The notes beneath the pieces are model-generated. The model was not told the DNA's origin. It worked only from the letters and a program-made list of their open reading frames with translations, and did not search any database. A stretch of 64,000 nt of DNA from an uncultured virus (IMG/VR IMGVR_UViG_3300005805_000085) (lineage: Duplodnaviria; Heunggongvirae; Uroviricota; Caudoviricetes), in the IMG/VR virus record IMGVR_UViG_3300005805_000085, positions 1,963 through 65,962 of that record; one strand, 5' to 3'. Positions 24,473 to 33,434 of the stretch are shown in pieces. Position 1 is the stretch's first letter. The number at the start of each line of letters is the position of its first letter. The position numbers and the translations under genes were made by a program.

Positions 24473-25009
24473 ATGAGCAATGTATTTTTTGCTAGTGACC
24501 ATCACTTTCATCACGAGAACATCTTAAAGTTTCTTAGAAGTGACGGCACACAACTACGTAGTTTTAATGGCATCAATCATATGCACGAGCACATTATTGC
24601 TCAACACAACAGTGTGGTCAAGCCTGATGACAAAGTATATTTTCTAGGCGATGTTTGCATGACTAAGAATGCAGCAGGCCTAGAAATTCTAGGTCGTCTT
24701 AACGGTATAAAAATATTGGTTCGAGGCAATCACGACGAGTGTAAGCTATCACAGTATGCACAATACTTTGATGACATTCGTGGTGTAACTCACAGGTATG
24801 GCGTAGTAATGACCCACGTGCCTATACATCCAGAGAGCTTGGATCGCTGGGGTACTAACTTACACGGACACCTGCACTACAAACGAGTGCTCTTACCAAA
24901 CGGCCACCCAGACCCACGTTACATAAATGTTAGCATGGAGTGTCTTGACAACTATACTCCAGTTAGTCTAGCAGAGATAAATAAAAGGATTGCAAAAAGT
25001 GCAAAATAA
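24473..25009 (+). CDS. Metallophosphoesterase
   Basis: SDHHF, LGDV, GNHD, THVP, HGHLH. Confidence 0.9.
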   Translation: MSNVFFASDHHFHHENILKFLRSDGTQLRSFNGINHMHEHIIAQHNSVVKPDDKVYFLGDVCMTKNAAGLEILGRLNGIKILVRGNHDECKLSQYAQYFDDIRGVTHRYGVVMTHVPIHPESLDRWGTNLHGHLHYKRVLLPNGHPDPRYINVSMECLDNYTPVSLAEINKRIAKSAK

Positions 25010-25193
25010 AAGTTGGCCTTGGCCTAAAAGCTCAGAAACCTTAACTAATACTAACACACAAAATACTGTGGAATATGCAGGGGTTCCACTAAGCAAACAA
25101 ACTGTACTTACACTCAAAGATCCAGGTTGGATTATTGCTGTATTTTTTGGTGCACTACTTTTTCTGCCCCTCCTATACGCAGCATTTATGTAA
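24990..25193 (+). CDS. Small membrane protein (start uncertain)
   Basis: C-terminal TM helix. Confidence 0.5.
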   Translation: MQKVQNKSWPWPKSSETLTNTNTQNTVEYAGVPLSKQTVLTLKDPGWIIAVFFGALLFLPLLYAAFM

Positions 25194-25200
25194 CCCATAC

Positions 25201-25278
25201 GGGCCTCTAGCTCACGGTGGTTAGAGCATCCGACTCATAATCGGCAGGTACTGGGTTCGACTCCCAGGGGGCCCACCA
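25201..25278 (+). tRNA. tRNA-Ile2-type (CAU)
   Basis: GGGCCTC acceptor, CCGA-ct-CAT-aa-TCGG, CCA; Met not excluded. Confidence 0.85.
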
Positions 25279-25283
25279 ATACT

Positions 25284-25529
25284 ATGAATAATATTCCACA
25301 ATTAGCACAAATTATTGAACTAGCACAAGAGGAAGAAGTTAACGATCCTATTGATTGGGGTATGCTAAGCATAGATGAAAACAGTGCTTATTTGCTAATA
25401 GCAAACGGACTAGTAGACCTGTTTGGCTATCCTGAAACTGAACGAGAAATGCTAATCTTAGCTACTCTAGTCAGAACAACAGTAGAAAACTTTACCCTAA
25501 ATCTTAAACTACTAGGAGATCCAAGTTGA
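25284..25529 (+). CDS. Conserved T5-like hypothetical protein
   Basis: DPIDWGML...LATLVRTTVENF. Confidence 0.7.
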   Translation: MNNIPQLAQIIELAQEEEVNDPIDWGMLSIDENSAYLLIANGLVDLFGYPETEREMLILATLVRTTVENFTLNLKLLGDPS

Positions 25530-25720
25530 GCAAATATATTGTAGCTAGCTACATGAATCATACCGGAACTGTAGATCAAAAGATCATACACGCGGATACG
25601 GATTTTGATGCTGTAGTTAACTACTTAGGCGCAAAACCACCCGGCATTGCTACACTAGACAAACTCTTAGAGTGGTGTATAGATCAAAATATCGCAATTA
25701 ACTTTATTGAAATTAACTAA
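25526..25720 (+). CDS. Hypothetical protein
   Basis: Coupled ORF. Confidence 0.55.
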   Translation: MSKYIVASYMNHTGTVDQKIIHADTDFDAVVNYLGAKPPGIATLDKLLEWCIDQNIAINFIEIN

Positions 25721-25730
25721 GGAAACACAA

Positions 25731-26042
25731 ATGAAAATCTTTTTTGGCGCAGTAGATTACAACCCCAGCGAACTTGATGCAGATGAGCTGTTTACTACTA
25801 CTGAAGCACCTACTAAATACTTTTATTACGAGCTTGAGTGGGGCACTAATAACGGCGGTATGGAAGACGTAATGCTGCGTGATACCTGTGATCGAGAAGT
25901 TCCAGTTAGCATTGACCATATTAATGAACTTATTGATGCACTAGTTCGTGTACGCGATATGAATGATGATATTAAACGAGGCAAAGAACTTGAAGAAAAG
26001 GTAGAAGGAGATAGTGAAGAAGTAATTGGCGATTGCTGGTAA
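25731..26042 (+). CDS. Acidic hypothetical protein
   Basis: TAAGGA RBS before ATG 25731. Confidence 0.7.
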   Translation: MKIFFGAVDYNPSELDADELFTTTEAPTKYFYYELEWGTNNGGMEDVMLRDTCDREVPVSIDHINELIDALVRVRDMNDDIKRGKELEEKVEGDSEEVIGDCW

Positions 26043-26045
26043 TTT

Positions 26046-26306
26046 ATGCATGAAATTATTATAGTATATTTTTCAATCGCACTAGCTACTAGCATTGTTA
26101 GTTGGTGGTTCATGTTTAGACCCTTAGTTAGAGAGGCTATTCAGGCAGGAGTAATCAACGATATTACTCGTAGTCCCAAGTTAAGCTCTGTAGTATTTAT
26201 TCTGCTAAACACACTAATGGCTCCTATCATACTTCCAATAGTATTTATTCCATCAATGTTTGAATCGGCTAGAGCAGGAATGCGTAAAGCAATTAACGAA
26301 GATTAA
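26046..26306 (+). CDS. Two-TM membrane protein
   Basis: Hydrophobic segments. Confidence 0.7.
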   Translation: MHEIIIVYFSIALATSIVSWWFMFRPLVREAIQAGVINDITRSPKLSSVVFILLNTLMAPIILPIVFIPSMFESARAGMRKAINED

Positions 26307-26316
26307 AAATTTAATC

Positions 26317-26345
26317 TTGAATTGTGTGCCATATATTGCTATAAT
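26317..26345 (+). promoter_or_regulatory. T5-type promoter
   Basis: TTGAAT-N17-TATAAT. Confidence 0.75.
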
Positions 26346-26374
26346 ATTATTTCTTCATTAGGAAAACACAGACT

Positions 26375-26647
26375 ATGAAACTTGTAGAATTCAATTACAC
26401 AAAACAAGATGGTTCTCAATCACAACGTGCTGTTATGATCCTGCAAGAACCTCAGCGTAATTACGCTGGTATTGATCTCACTCAACTTGATGAGTCTAGC
26501 TTTGCACTTTTCTTGGACGAGTATCGTCAAGTAAAGAACCGTCAACATGAAGAAATTATGCAGCTAATGGCTCGCCATGATCTTAAACACAATTATCGGC
26601 AGTTTGTTCCTGATCGGATGCAAATTACCGAAACTACTTTAGTATGA
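26375..26647 (+). CDS. Hypothetical protein (SH3/WYL-like N-terminus)
   Basis: FNYTKQDGSQSQR. Confidence 0.7.
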   Translation: MKLVEFNYTKQDGSQSQRAVMILQEPQRNYAGIDLTQLDESSFALFLDEYRQVKNRQHEEIMQLMARHDLKHNYRQFVPDRMQITETTLV

Positions 26648-26901
26648 CAGATAAACCATTCAGAATATGGGATGCCATAACACTTCAAGAAGCAGCTAAA
26701 ATCGCCATTCAATTAGGCGCAATTATTGACGAAACTTGCCGACAAAATAAAACTATTCCAGCTATGTTACCGCCTAGCTTAATACCAACAGAAAAACTCT
26801 ACATTTTAGCCGCAAGTTTTGATGCAGCATATAATAAACTAATTGAATACGAACTTACAAAAACCGGAAACTTACGCTCTGACAAAGACAATATACACTA
26901 A
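26644..26901 (+). CDS. Hypothetical protein
   Basis: ATGA overlap. Confidence 0.65.
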   Translation: MTDKPFRIWDAITLQEAAKIAIQLGAIIDETCRQNKTIPAMLPPSLIPTEKLYILAASFDAAYNKLIEYELTKTGNLRSDKDNIH

Positions 26902-26910
26902 GGATTAAAA

Positions 26911-27276
26911 ATGACTCAATGGACTCCTGAACTTAAAGAACAAGTTGTTAAAATGTATCAAGATGCTGATCCTACCCCTGAGAGCAGCACTGAGATTATC
27001 AAAGACATTGCTGACGAGATCGAAGCCTCACCTAACGGTGTTCGCATGGTTCTTGTTCAAGCTGGTGTCTATGTTAAGAAAGAAGCTAGTGCCAGCACTA
27101 GCAAGGGTGGCAGTACCGCCAAAACTGGCGAAGGCACTAAGCGTGTAAGCAAAGAAGCAGCTATTGCTGAGCTTACTAAAGCTATCGAGGCCAAGGGTGC
27201 TCCTATCGACGAGGATATTCTTGGCAAACTGACTGGTAAAGCTGCTGTTTACCTGTTGAGTGTTATCAAGGCTTAA
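26911..27276 (+). CDS. T5 D3-like DNA-binding protein
   Basis: WTPELKEQVV..Y..IKDIADE..SPNGVRMVL..AGVYVKK..KLTGKAA. Confidence 0.8.
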   Translation: MTQWTPELKEQVVKMYQDADPTPESSTEIIKDIADEIEASPNGVRMVLVQAGVYVKKEASASTSKGGSTAKTGEGTKRVSKEAAIAELTKAIEAKGAPIDEDILGKLTGKAAVYLLSVIKA

Positions 27277-27282
27277 TATTCC

Positions 27283-27308
27283 GGGCAGCCCTTGCTGCCC
27301 TTATTTTT
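27283..27308 (+). terminator. Terminator
   Basis: GGGCAGC-CCTT-GCTGCCC followed by a T-rich tail. Confidence 0.65.
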
Positions 27309-27322
27309 CGAGGTTATAGGCT

Positions 27323-27946
27323 ATGGCAAAGAAACGATCAGCTCTTGAACAAGAGCGTATGACTGACACTAATCTACAAAAGGTTATTGGTCTACTTGAG
27401 CCTAAAGATGCCAACACTAAGCCTATAACCAAAAAAGAAGCCTGCGCGATTCTAGGCATGAACTATAACACTTCACGTCTAGAAACCCTTCTTGAACAGT
27501 TCAAAGAGCGTCAACGTCGAGATGGTGAGCGTCGGGCAGCACTACGTGGAAAACCTGCAACCCAACAAGAAACCGGATTTATTATTCGTGAATATCTTGA
27601 GGGTAATACCATTGAGGGTATTTCTAGGTCTACGTATCGTGGTGGGGAATTCATTAAACGAATTCTAGAAGAAAACCACGTTCCAAAACGAAATAGTTCT
27701 CACGACTATTTTCATCCACAGCTTATTCCTGAAGGCGCAATGCAGGATAAGTTTGAAGTAGGAGAAACTGTATATAGCAGCAGATACGATTCTACTGCTA
27801 AGATTATTACAGAACAACCACATCCTACTTATGGCTGGGTTTACCGTGTATGGCTAACTAATGAAAAGTGGCTTCAGTATGCCTACCAACCAGCCTGTGA
27901 ATTAGCCTCTCTTAAGCACTTAAAAGAAGTTGGAGTTCAATTCTAA
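27323..27946 (+). CDS. Conserved T5-like HTH protein
   Basis: TKKEACAILG, EYLEG, YRVWL, ELASLKHL. Confidence 0.75.
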   Translation: MAKKRSALEQERMTDTNLQKVIGLLEPKDANTKPITKKEACAILGMNYNTSRLETLLEQFKERQRRDGERRAALRGKPATQQETGFIIREYLEGNTIEGISRSTYRGGEFIKRILEENHVPKRNSSHDYFHPQLIPEGAMQDKFEVGETVYSSRYDSTAKIITEQPHPTYGWVYRVWLTNEKWLQYAYQPACELASLKHLKEVGVQF

Positions 27947-28227
27947 TGGATAATAACATTATCTATGAAAAACTTATAGAAGAAAACTTGGAAAAAGGCT
28001 TTCAGATCAAACTGGTGGTCAACGACTTCAGGGAAACAATCTATATTCAACTCCGTAAATACTTTCTGAGCTATGAAGGCGAGTGGGTTGCCAGCCGAGA
28101 AGGTGTAAGTTTCCCAGCTAGTATGGAGAATATTTACAACCTTCTTGACGGCATGATGGAAATCTGCGCTGAAGCAGAGGGTGAGGAAATCATTGAGCAC
28201 TACCATAACCAGCTCAAGAAATCCTAA
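27946..28227 (+). CDS. PC4/p15-like ssDNA-binding protein
   Basis: VNDFRETIYIQLRKYFLSYEGEW..SREGVS; T5 synteny before the ligase. Confidence 0.8.
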   Translation: MDNNIIYEKLIEENLEKGFQIKLVVNDFRETIYIQLRKYFLSYEGEWVASREGVSFPASMENIYNLLDGMMEICAEAEGEEIIEHYHNQLKKS

Positions 28228-28228
28228 C

Positions 28229-28257
28229 TTGACCACACGACCCTAAACTGTTATAAT
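28229..28257 (+). promoter_or_regulatory. T5-type promoter with GACCCTAAA in the spacer
   Basis: TTGACC-N17-TATAAT. Confidence 0.8.
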
Positions 28258-28281
28258 ATTAAACTCTTGTGAAAGTTTAAC

Positions 28282-29238
28282 ATGACAAACAAACTCAAAG
28301 AATTTCTTGATCTCGCAAGCAAGCACTATTACGACGGCTGGCCTATTATTAGTGATAAGCAGTTTGATAGTCTTGCTGAGTTGATTGGCTACGGCGAAGT
28401 AGGTAGTGCTCCGCAGACCAACAAGGCTAAACACTTTAGGCAAATGTATAGCCTGCAAAAATTCTATGAGGATGAGGGTCAGCGTAATCCACTAGAAGGC
28501 GTTCGGGAAGTTAGCGTTACTCCCAAACTGGATGGCGCAGCCATCTCACTGCTTTACATCAACGGCGAGTTAGTTCAAGCGCTTACTCGTGGTGATGGAG
28601 TAGAGGGTCAACTGATTACTGACAAGCTATTGTCAACTAATCTGGTACCGCATAAAATTTCCTATACGCCTATTCTCCAAATTACCGGAGAAATTGTTGC
28701 TCCAAGCCATGTTGAAAATAGCCGAAACTATGCCGCTGGCTCGCTTAATCTAAAGGATCTAGATGAATTTAGAACGCGAGCCATTAGTTTCTTTGCCTAT
28801 GGCGTATTCCCTAGCTGGTCAGACTCATACTCGCAAGATATGAAATGGCTGCGTAAGCAGGGTTTTCAAACTGTCTTGGAAGCAGACTTAGATAAAATTT
28901 ATCCTTGTGATGGTGTAGTATTCCGGTGTGACTCAAACCAAGAGTTTGAAGCCTTGGGCTATACTAGCAAGCATCCCCGCGGTGCATACGCTAGAAAAGA
29001 ACGAGCTGAACACGTAGAAACTACACTCTTAGGCGTAGAATGGCAAGTAGGTAAAACTGGCAAAGTTACCCCTGTGGCTATTCTAGAACCTGTTATGATT
29101 GGCGATGCACAAGTGAGCCGAGCTACCCTAAACAATCCAGGCTTTATCGAAGCACTGGGCCTTGAAATTGGCGACAGGGTAGCTGTAATCAGGGCTGGAG
29201 AAATCATTCCCTGTGTGCTGCACAAAGTAGATGCCTAA
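28282..29238 (+). CDS. ligA: NAD-dependent DNA ligase, subunit A (adenylation + OB)
   Basis: KLDG, TRGDG, DGVV, WQVGKTG, RATLNN, RAGEIIP. Confidence 0.93.
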   Translation: MTNKLKEFLDLASKHYYDGWPIISDKQFDSLAELIGYGEVGSAPQTNKAKHFRQMYSLQKFYEDEGQRNPLEGVREVSVTPKLDGAAISLLYINGELVQALTRGDGVEGQLITDKLLSTNLVPHKISYTPILQITGEIVAPSHVENSRNYAAGSLNLKDLDEFRTRAISFFAYGVFPSWSDSYSQDMKWLRKQGFQTVLEADLDKIYPCDGVVFRCDSNQEFEALGYTSKHPRGAYARKERAEHVETTLLGVEWQVGKTGKVTPVAILEPVMIGDAQVSRATLNNPGFIEALGLEIGDRVAVIRAGEIIPCVLHKVDA

Positions 29239-29270
29239 ATTTATCAGGCTCGGGCAAGTAAAATTTAGAC

Positions 29271-29299
29271 TTGCTAAGCCTATACAATTAGTGTATAAT
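29271..29299 (+). promoter_or_regulatory. Promoter between ligase subunits
   Basis: TTGCTA-N17-TATAAT. Confidence 0.75.
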
Positions 29300-29325
29300 A
29301 TTTATATTCTGTTGGATAAAACCCC

Positions 29326-30087
29326 ATGAAAATCACGATTCCCACAAATTGTCCGTGTTGTGAATACCCACTTGAGTGGGTTAATGACCAGCTGTTTTGC
29401 CGGAATCAGGCTTGTAGTGCTCAGCTTGGTAAAAAGTTAGAACACTTCTGCAAAACCCTTGGTATCAAGGGCATGGGTTCTAAGACTATAGAAAAACTAG
29501 AACTGGCAGATATTACTGAACTCTACTACCTAGAGGAAAGTGAGATTGCTGAATGCTTGGGCAGTGAGCGTATGGCTGAGAAACTGATTGATGAAATCAA
29601 TCGCAGCCGTAGTGCAAGTCTAGCCGAAGTCCTAGCAAGTTTTAGTATTCCCCTAATTGGTAATACCGCATCACAGAAAGTTTCTAAAGTAGTTAGTCAT
29701 ATTGACGAACTTACCACAGAAAAGTGCCGTGAAGCTGGTTTAGGGGAAAAAGCCACTGAAAATCTTATGAATTGGATTCAAACAGATTTTCAAGAAATGA
29801 GAGAATTTCTGCCGTTCTCATTTCGCTCTAACCATGTAGTAGATGCCCTAGAAGATAGAAAAACTATTTGTATTACTGGTAAACTAAAAAGTTTCAAAAC
29901 AAAACAAGAAGCATACGATCAACTTGAACAGCTTGGATTTAAAATTTCCGAAACTGTAACCAAATCCCTAGACTTTCTAGTTGACGAATCTGACAAATCT
30001 AGTTCTAAGCGTAAACGTGCCGAAGAACTAAATATTAAAATTATCACAGACCTACAACAATTTTTGAAAGAAAATAAAGATGACTGA
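29326..30087 (+). CDS. ligB: NAD-dependent DNA ligase, subunit B (Zn finger, HhH, BRCT)
   Basis: CPCC..C..C, IKGMG, ICITGKL. Confidence 0.9.
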   Translation: MKITIPTNCPCCEYPLEWVNDQLFCRNQACSAQLGKKLEHFCKTLGIKGMGSKTIEKLELADITELYYLEESEIAECLGSERMAEKLIDEINRSRSASLAEVLASFSIPLIGNTASQKVSKVVSHIDELTTEKCREAGLGEKATENLMNWIQTDFQEMREFLPFSFRSNHVVDALEDRKTICITGKLKSFKTKQEAYDQLEQLGFKISETVTKSLDFLVDESDKSSSKRKRAEELNIKIITDLQQFLKENKDD

Positions 30088-30826
30088 AAAAGCTAAAAAA
30101 TGGAATGACGAGGTTGTTGACCAACTGCTTCAAATCGTTGGTAGCCAAAGCCCCGTTAGCGTAGCTAAAGTTGAAGAAGCCGCCGAAACCCTTGGATTCA
30201 CTACTCGTAGTATCGCTGCTAAACTACGCCAGCTAGACCGTGATGTTGCTAGCATGGCCAAAGAAAAGACCACTGCCTTCACCGAAGACGAGACCGATGA
30301 TCTTGCCAACTTTGTTGAGGATAATGTTGGTCGTTATACCTACAAAGAAATTGCAGAGAACTTTGCTGATGGCAAGTTTACTGCTAAACAAATTCAGGGT
30401 AAACTTCTTGCCCTAGAACTTACCGGCGCTGTAAAGCCTGCCGAGAAAGTTGAAGTTGCTCGTACTTACACAGAAGCTGAAGAAGCAAAATTTGTTCAAA
30501 TGGCTGAGCGCGGTGCCTTTATTGAGGATATTGCTGCTGCCCTTAACAAGACTGTTGCAAGTGTACGTGGCAAGGCTCTTAGCCTTACTCGTAAAGGTCA
30601 AATTGCTAAGATTCCCGCACAGCGCGAGTCCCATGCTAAAGATCAAGTTGATCCTATCGTTGCTCTTGGTAGTCGTATTGCTACTATGACTGTAGCAGAG
30701 ATTGCCAAAGAAGTTGATAAGACTGAGCGTGGTCTTCGTACCCTTCTTACCCGCCGCGGAATTAATGTTGCCGATTACAAAGGCGCAGACAAGAAAGCCA
30801 AGGCCGAGGCTAAAGCTGCTGCCTAA
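30080..30826 (+). CDS. T5 D5-like DNA-binding transcription regulator
   Basis: RSIAAKLR, KQIQGK.LALEL, SVRGKALSL, LTRRG; synteny. Confidence 0.88.
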   Translation: MTEKAKKWNDEVVDQLLQIVGSQSPVSVAKVEEAAETLGFTTRSIAAKLRQLDRDVASMAKEKTTAFTEDETDDLANFVEDNVGRYTYKEIAENFADGKFTAKQIQGKLLALELTGAVKPAEKVEVARTYTEAEEAKFVQMAERGAFIEDIAAALNKTVASVRGKALSLTRKGQIAKIPAQRESHAKDQVDPIVALGSRIATMTVAEIAKEVDKTERGLRTLLTRRGINVADYKGADKKAKAEAKAAA

Positions 30827-30846
30827 TCTAGATTAGGCATAACACT

Positions 30847-30880
30847 AGGCCGGGAGTCTAATCAACTCCCGGCCTTTTTA
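30847..30880 (+). terminator. Terminator
   Basis: AGGCCGGGAGT..ACTCCCGGCCT followed by TTTT. Confidence 0.85.
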
Positions 30881-30895
30881 CTTTGGATACTGTAA

Positions 30896-31195
30896 ATGAA
30901 AGTTACAATCACATATCACGATACAGAATCGTTTACTGTAGAAGAAGTAGTAAAGCAAGCAGTACATAACTATGGTCGCCAAGCTCAAGTAGAAGTCATG
31001 CCAGAATCTACAATGGCATACGACCATATATATTTTGGCTTACAACAGCTCGTAACACATGAACAGCTAAGTCTACTATTTGACAAAGGTAGTAGTTATC
31101 AGCAAGATATTAAAAAGTTACGAGAAAATATTGTTTATAAAGTTACAGAGATTATAGACCAAGTTATAGTAGACAATGAATCTAAGGTAGGTTAA
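30896..31195 (+). CDS. Hypothetical protein
   Basis: 99-aa ORF. Confidence 0.7.
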   Translation: MKVTITYHDTESFTVEEVVKQAVHNYGRQAQVEVMPESTMAYDHIYFGLQQLVTHEQLSLLFDKGSSYQQDIKKLRENIVYKVTEIIDQVIVDNESKVG

Positions 31196-31196
31196 T

Positions 31197-32573
31197 GTGG
31201 ATGTATCCGCCGTAGTCTTAAATAAATTGCTATCTGAGCAGAGCCTAGATATATGGGCAAAGCTTAAGCTGGTGTTTTTAGACCCGGCATACTCCTCTTT
31301 GTATAGTGTCATCAATAAACACTATGAACGGTATAATAAACTACCTAATTTTGATGACTTAGAACTTACTATTAGAGAAGGTCCGGCAGCTAAAACTCTA
31401 GCTACACTAAAGTTAACTGAGATACCAGATGTTAGTGCTGAAGTAGCACTTGATGCTCTTATAGATCAGTATACTCAGAATGAGACTGTAAAATTATTAG
31501 ATAAATTTGTAGACAAACTGCCACTTTACGACTCCAACGAAATAAAAGAAAACTTATCAACCATAGCACTAACTATAGAAGAAAAGACTCATACTAGTGA
31601 AAAAGTATACACAATGAGCGATATTCTTCTATTCCGCAACCCTCAAGAGTTAGAAAAAGAACGTGTTTATCTTGGACTTAATAATACTTTTGATGCTGTG
31701 CTTGGTGGCGTGGCTAGACAAGAACTCATACTCATCGGCGGTAAGCGAGGCAGCGGTAAGAGTATTACTAGTAGTAATATTTTTATCAATCAGTATGAGA
31801 GTGGTAATAGCTGCCTTTACTTTAGCATAGAGATGACAGCTATAGAAGTAATGGAGCGAAACTTGGCTATCTTAGCCAATGTTAATCATCAAAGCCTAAA
31901 ACAAAATAAATTAACTGATGAAGAAGTGCTCAAAGTAGTAAAAGCTAGAGCCGAGATGTTTGAAGATGCGGATCAACCAGTCCTAGAATTTATGCGTCAT
32001 AGAGATAGATTTAAATTTGAGGAAACACTAGTCAGAAACTATCGTTTAAAACAAACCAATCAGATGGTTATTGTTGATGATCGAGATTTGAGCATAGGTG
32101 CTATTGACTTGCATATTGGTAAAATGAAAGCTAGATTTGGCGATAAACTGGCCGTTGTAGTAGTAGACTACTTAAATCAAATTGTTGCCGACGGTATAGA
32201 TCAGTATGACTGGAAACCACAAATTGAGGTATCCAAAAAATTAAAGAATCTGGCTCGTAAGTATGAAATAGTACTAGTAAGTCCATATCAAATTGATGCT
32301 AGTGGTGAGGCAAGATTTTCAAAAGGTATTCTTGATGCTGCTGATATTGCATTAGTAATGGAAGCACACGATAAAGAAAAGCAAGCAATTACCTTTGAAA
32401 CTACTAAAATACGTGGCGGTAAAGAAATGCAGTTTACCTGTCCTATTGATTGGGATACACTACGTATTAGTCCTCAAACTATAGAAAAACCAGAGCACGA
32501 AGAAAAAGTAAAACGCGCAGGAAAAACTAAGAAAACACAAGAACCAGTAGACGATCTACCTTGGGACACATAA
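31197..32573 (+). CDS. Replicative DnaB-like helicase (T5 D6)
   Basis: GGKRGSGKS, FSIEM, VVVDYLN, SPYQID. Confidence 0.92.
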   Translation: MDVSAVVLNKLLSEQSLDIWAKLKLVFLDPAYSSLYSVINKHYERYNKLPNFDDLELTIREGPAAKTLATLKLTEIPDVSAEVALDALIDQYTQNETVKLLDKFVDKLPLYDSNEIKENLSTIALTIEEKTHTSEKVYTMSDILLFRNPQELEKERVYLGLNNTFDAVLGGVARQELILIGGKRGSGKSITSSNIFINQYESGNSCLYFSIEMTAIEVMERNLAILANVNHQSLKQNKLTDEEVLKVVKARAEMFEDADQPVLEFMRHRDRFKFEETLVRNYRLKQTNQMVIVDDRDLSIGAIDLHIGKMKARFGDKLAVVVVDYLNQIVADGIDQYDWKPQIEVSKKLKNLARKYEIVLVSPYQIDASGEARFSKGILDAADIALVMEAHDKEKQAITFETTKIRGGKEMQFTCPIDWDTLRISPQTIEKPEHEEKVKRAGKTKKTQEPVDDLPWDT

Positions 32574-33434
32574 ATGAGCGATCCAGTACTAGAACTATTG
32601 CAAAAACAGGGATTAAGTTATACCGTAAGTGGTAGGGATTATCTTGTAAAATGTATTAATCCAGAGCATGACGATTCAAATCCTAGTTTTAGAATAGATC
32701 GAGTAACTGGAGTCGCCCACTGCTTTAGCTGCGGATTTAAAACAAATGTATTTAAACATTTTAATGTTTTTACAAATCCAGTACCAATTAAAATAGCTAA
32801 ATTAAAGAAAAAATTACGTGATCTTATGGTTACAAATACTGGACTAGATATGCCTCTAGGAGCTACTCCTTACACAAAGCAATTTAGAGGTATTAGTCCA
32901 AAAACTTTAAAGAAATTTGAAGCATTTTATACAAATCAAGTAGAAAAGCTTCAGGATAGAATAGTGTTTCCTATTTGGGACATTACTAATAAAATCCAAG
33001 TATTTGTAGCCCGGCATACTATGAGCAATGGCAATCCTAGATATGTAAATTATCCTAGCGGTGTGCAGATTCCCTTATTCCCACCACATATGCCGTACGA
33101 GTCAACTAGCCTAGTGATGGTTGAAGGCATATTTGATTTACTAAATGTCTACGATAAAGGACTACACCCAGTAGTATGCACATTTGGTACAAACACACTT
33201 CAAAACGATACACAGCTTAAACTATTACCATACAAAGCCCAAGGTATAACAAAAATCTACTTGATGTTTGATGGCGACGAAGCAGGTCAAAATGCTATGC
33301 AAACACTAAAACCACTTGTTGAAGATTGTGGATTTCTAGTAGAAATTATAAATCTACCTGAAGATACAGACCCTGGCGAACTAGATCAAGAAACAGTAGA
33401 CAGCATAAAAAATTATATTGGATATAACACATGA
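32574..33434 (+). CDS. DNA primase
   Basis: C..H..CFSCG Zn finger; VEGIFD; FDGDEAG TOPRIM. Confidence 0.93.
   Translation: MSDPVLELLQKQGLSYTVSGRDYLVKCINPEHDDSNPSFRIDRVTGVAHCFSCGFKTNVFKHFNVFTNPVPIKIAKLKKKLRDLMVTNTGLDMPLGATPYTKQFRGISPKTLKKFEAFYTNQVEKLQDRIVFPIWDITNKIQVFVARHTMSNGNPRYVNYPSGVQIPLFPPHMPYESTSLVMVEGIFDLLNVYDKGLHPVVCTFGTNTLQNDTQLKLLPYKAQGITKIYLMFDGDEAGQNAMQTLKPLVEDCGFLVEIINLPEDTDPGELDQETVDSIKNYIGYNT

Noticed and set aside
28282-30087. Broken or frameshifted ligase
   Set aside because: A split NAD ligase is normal for T5-like phages; subunit B has its own promoter and start
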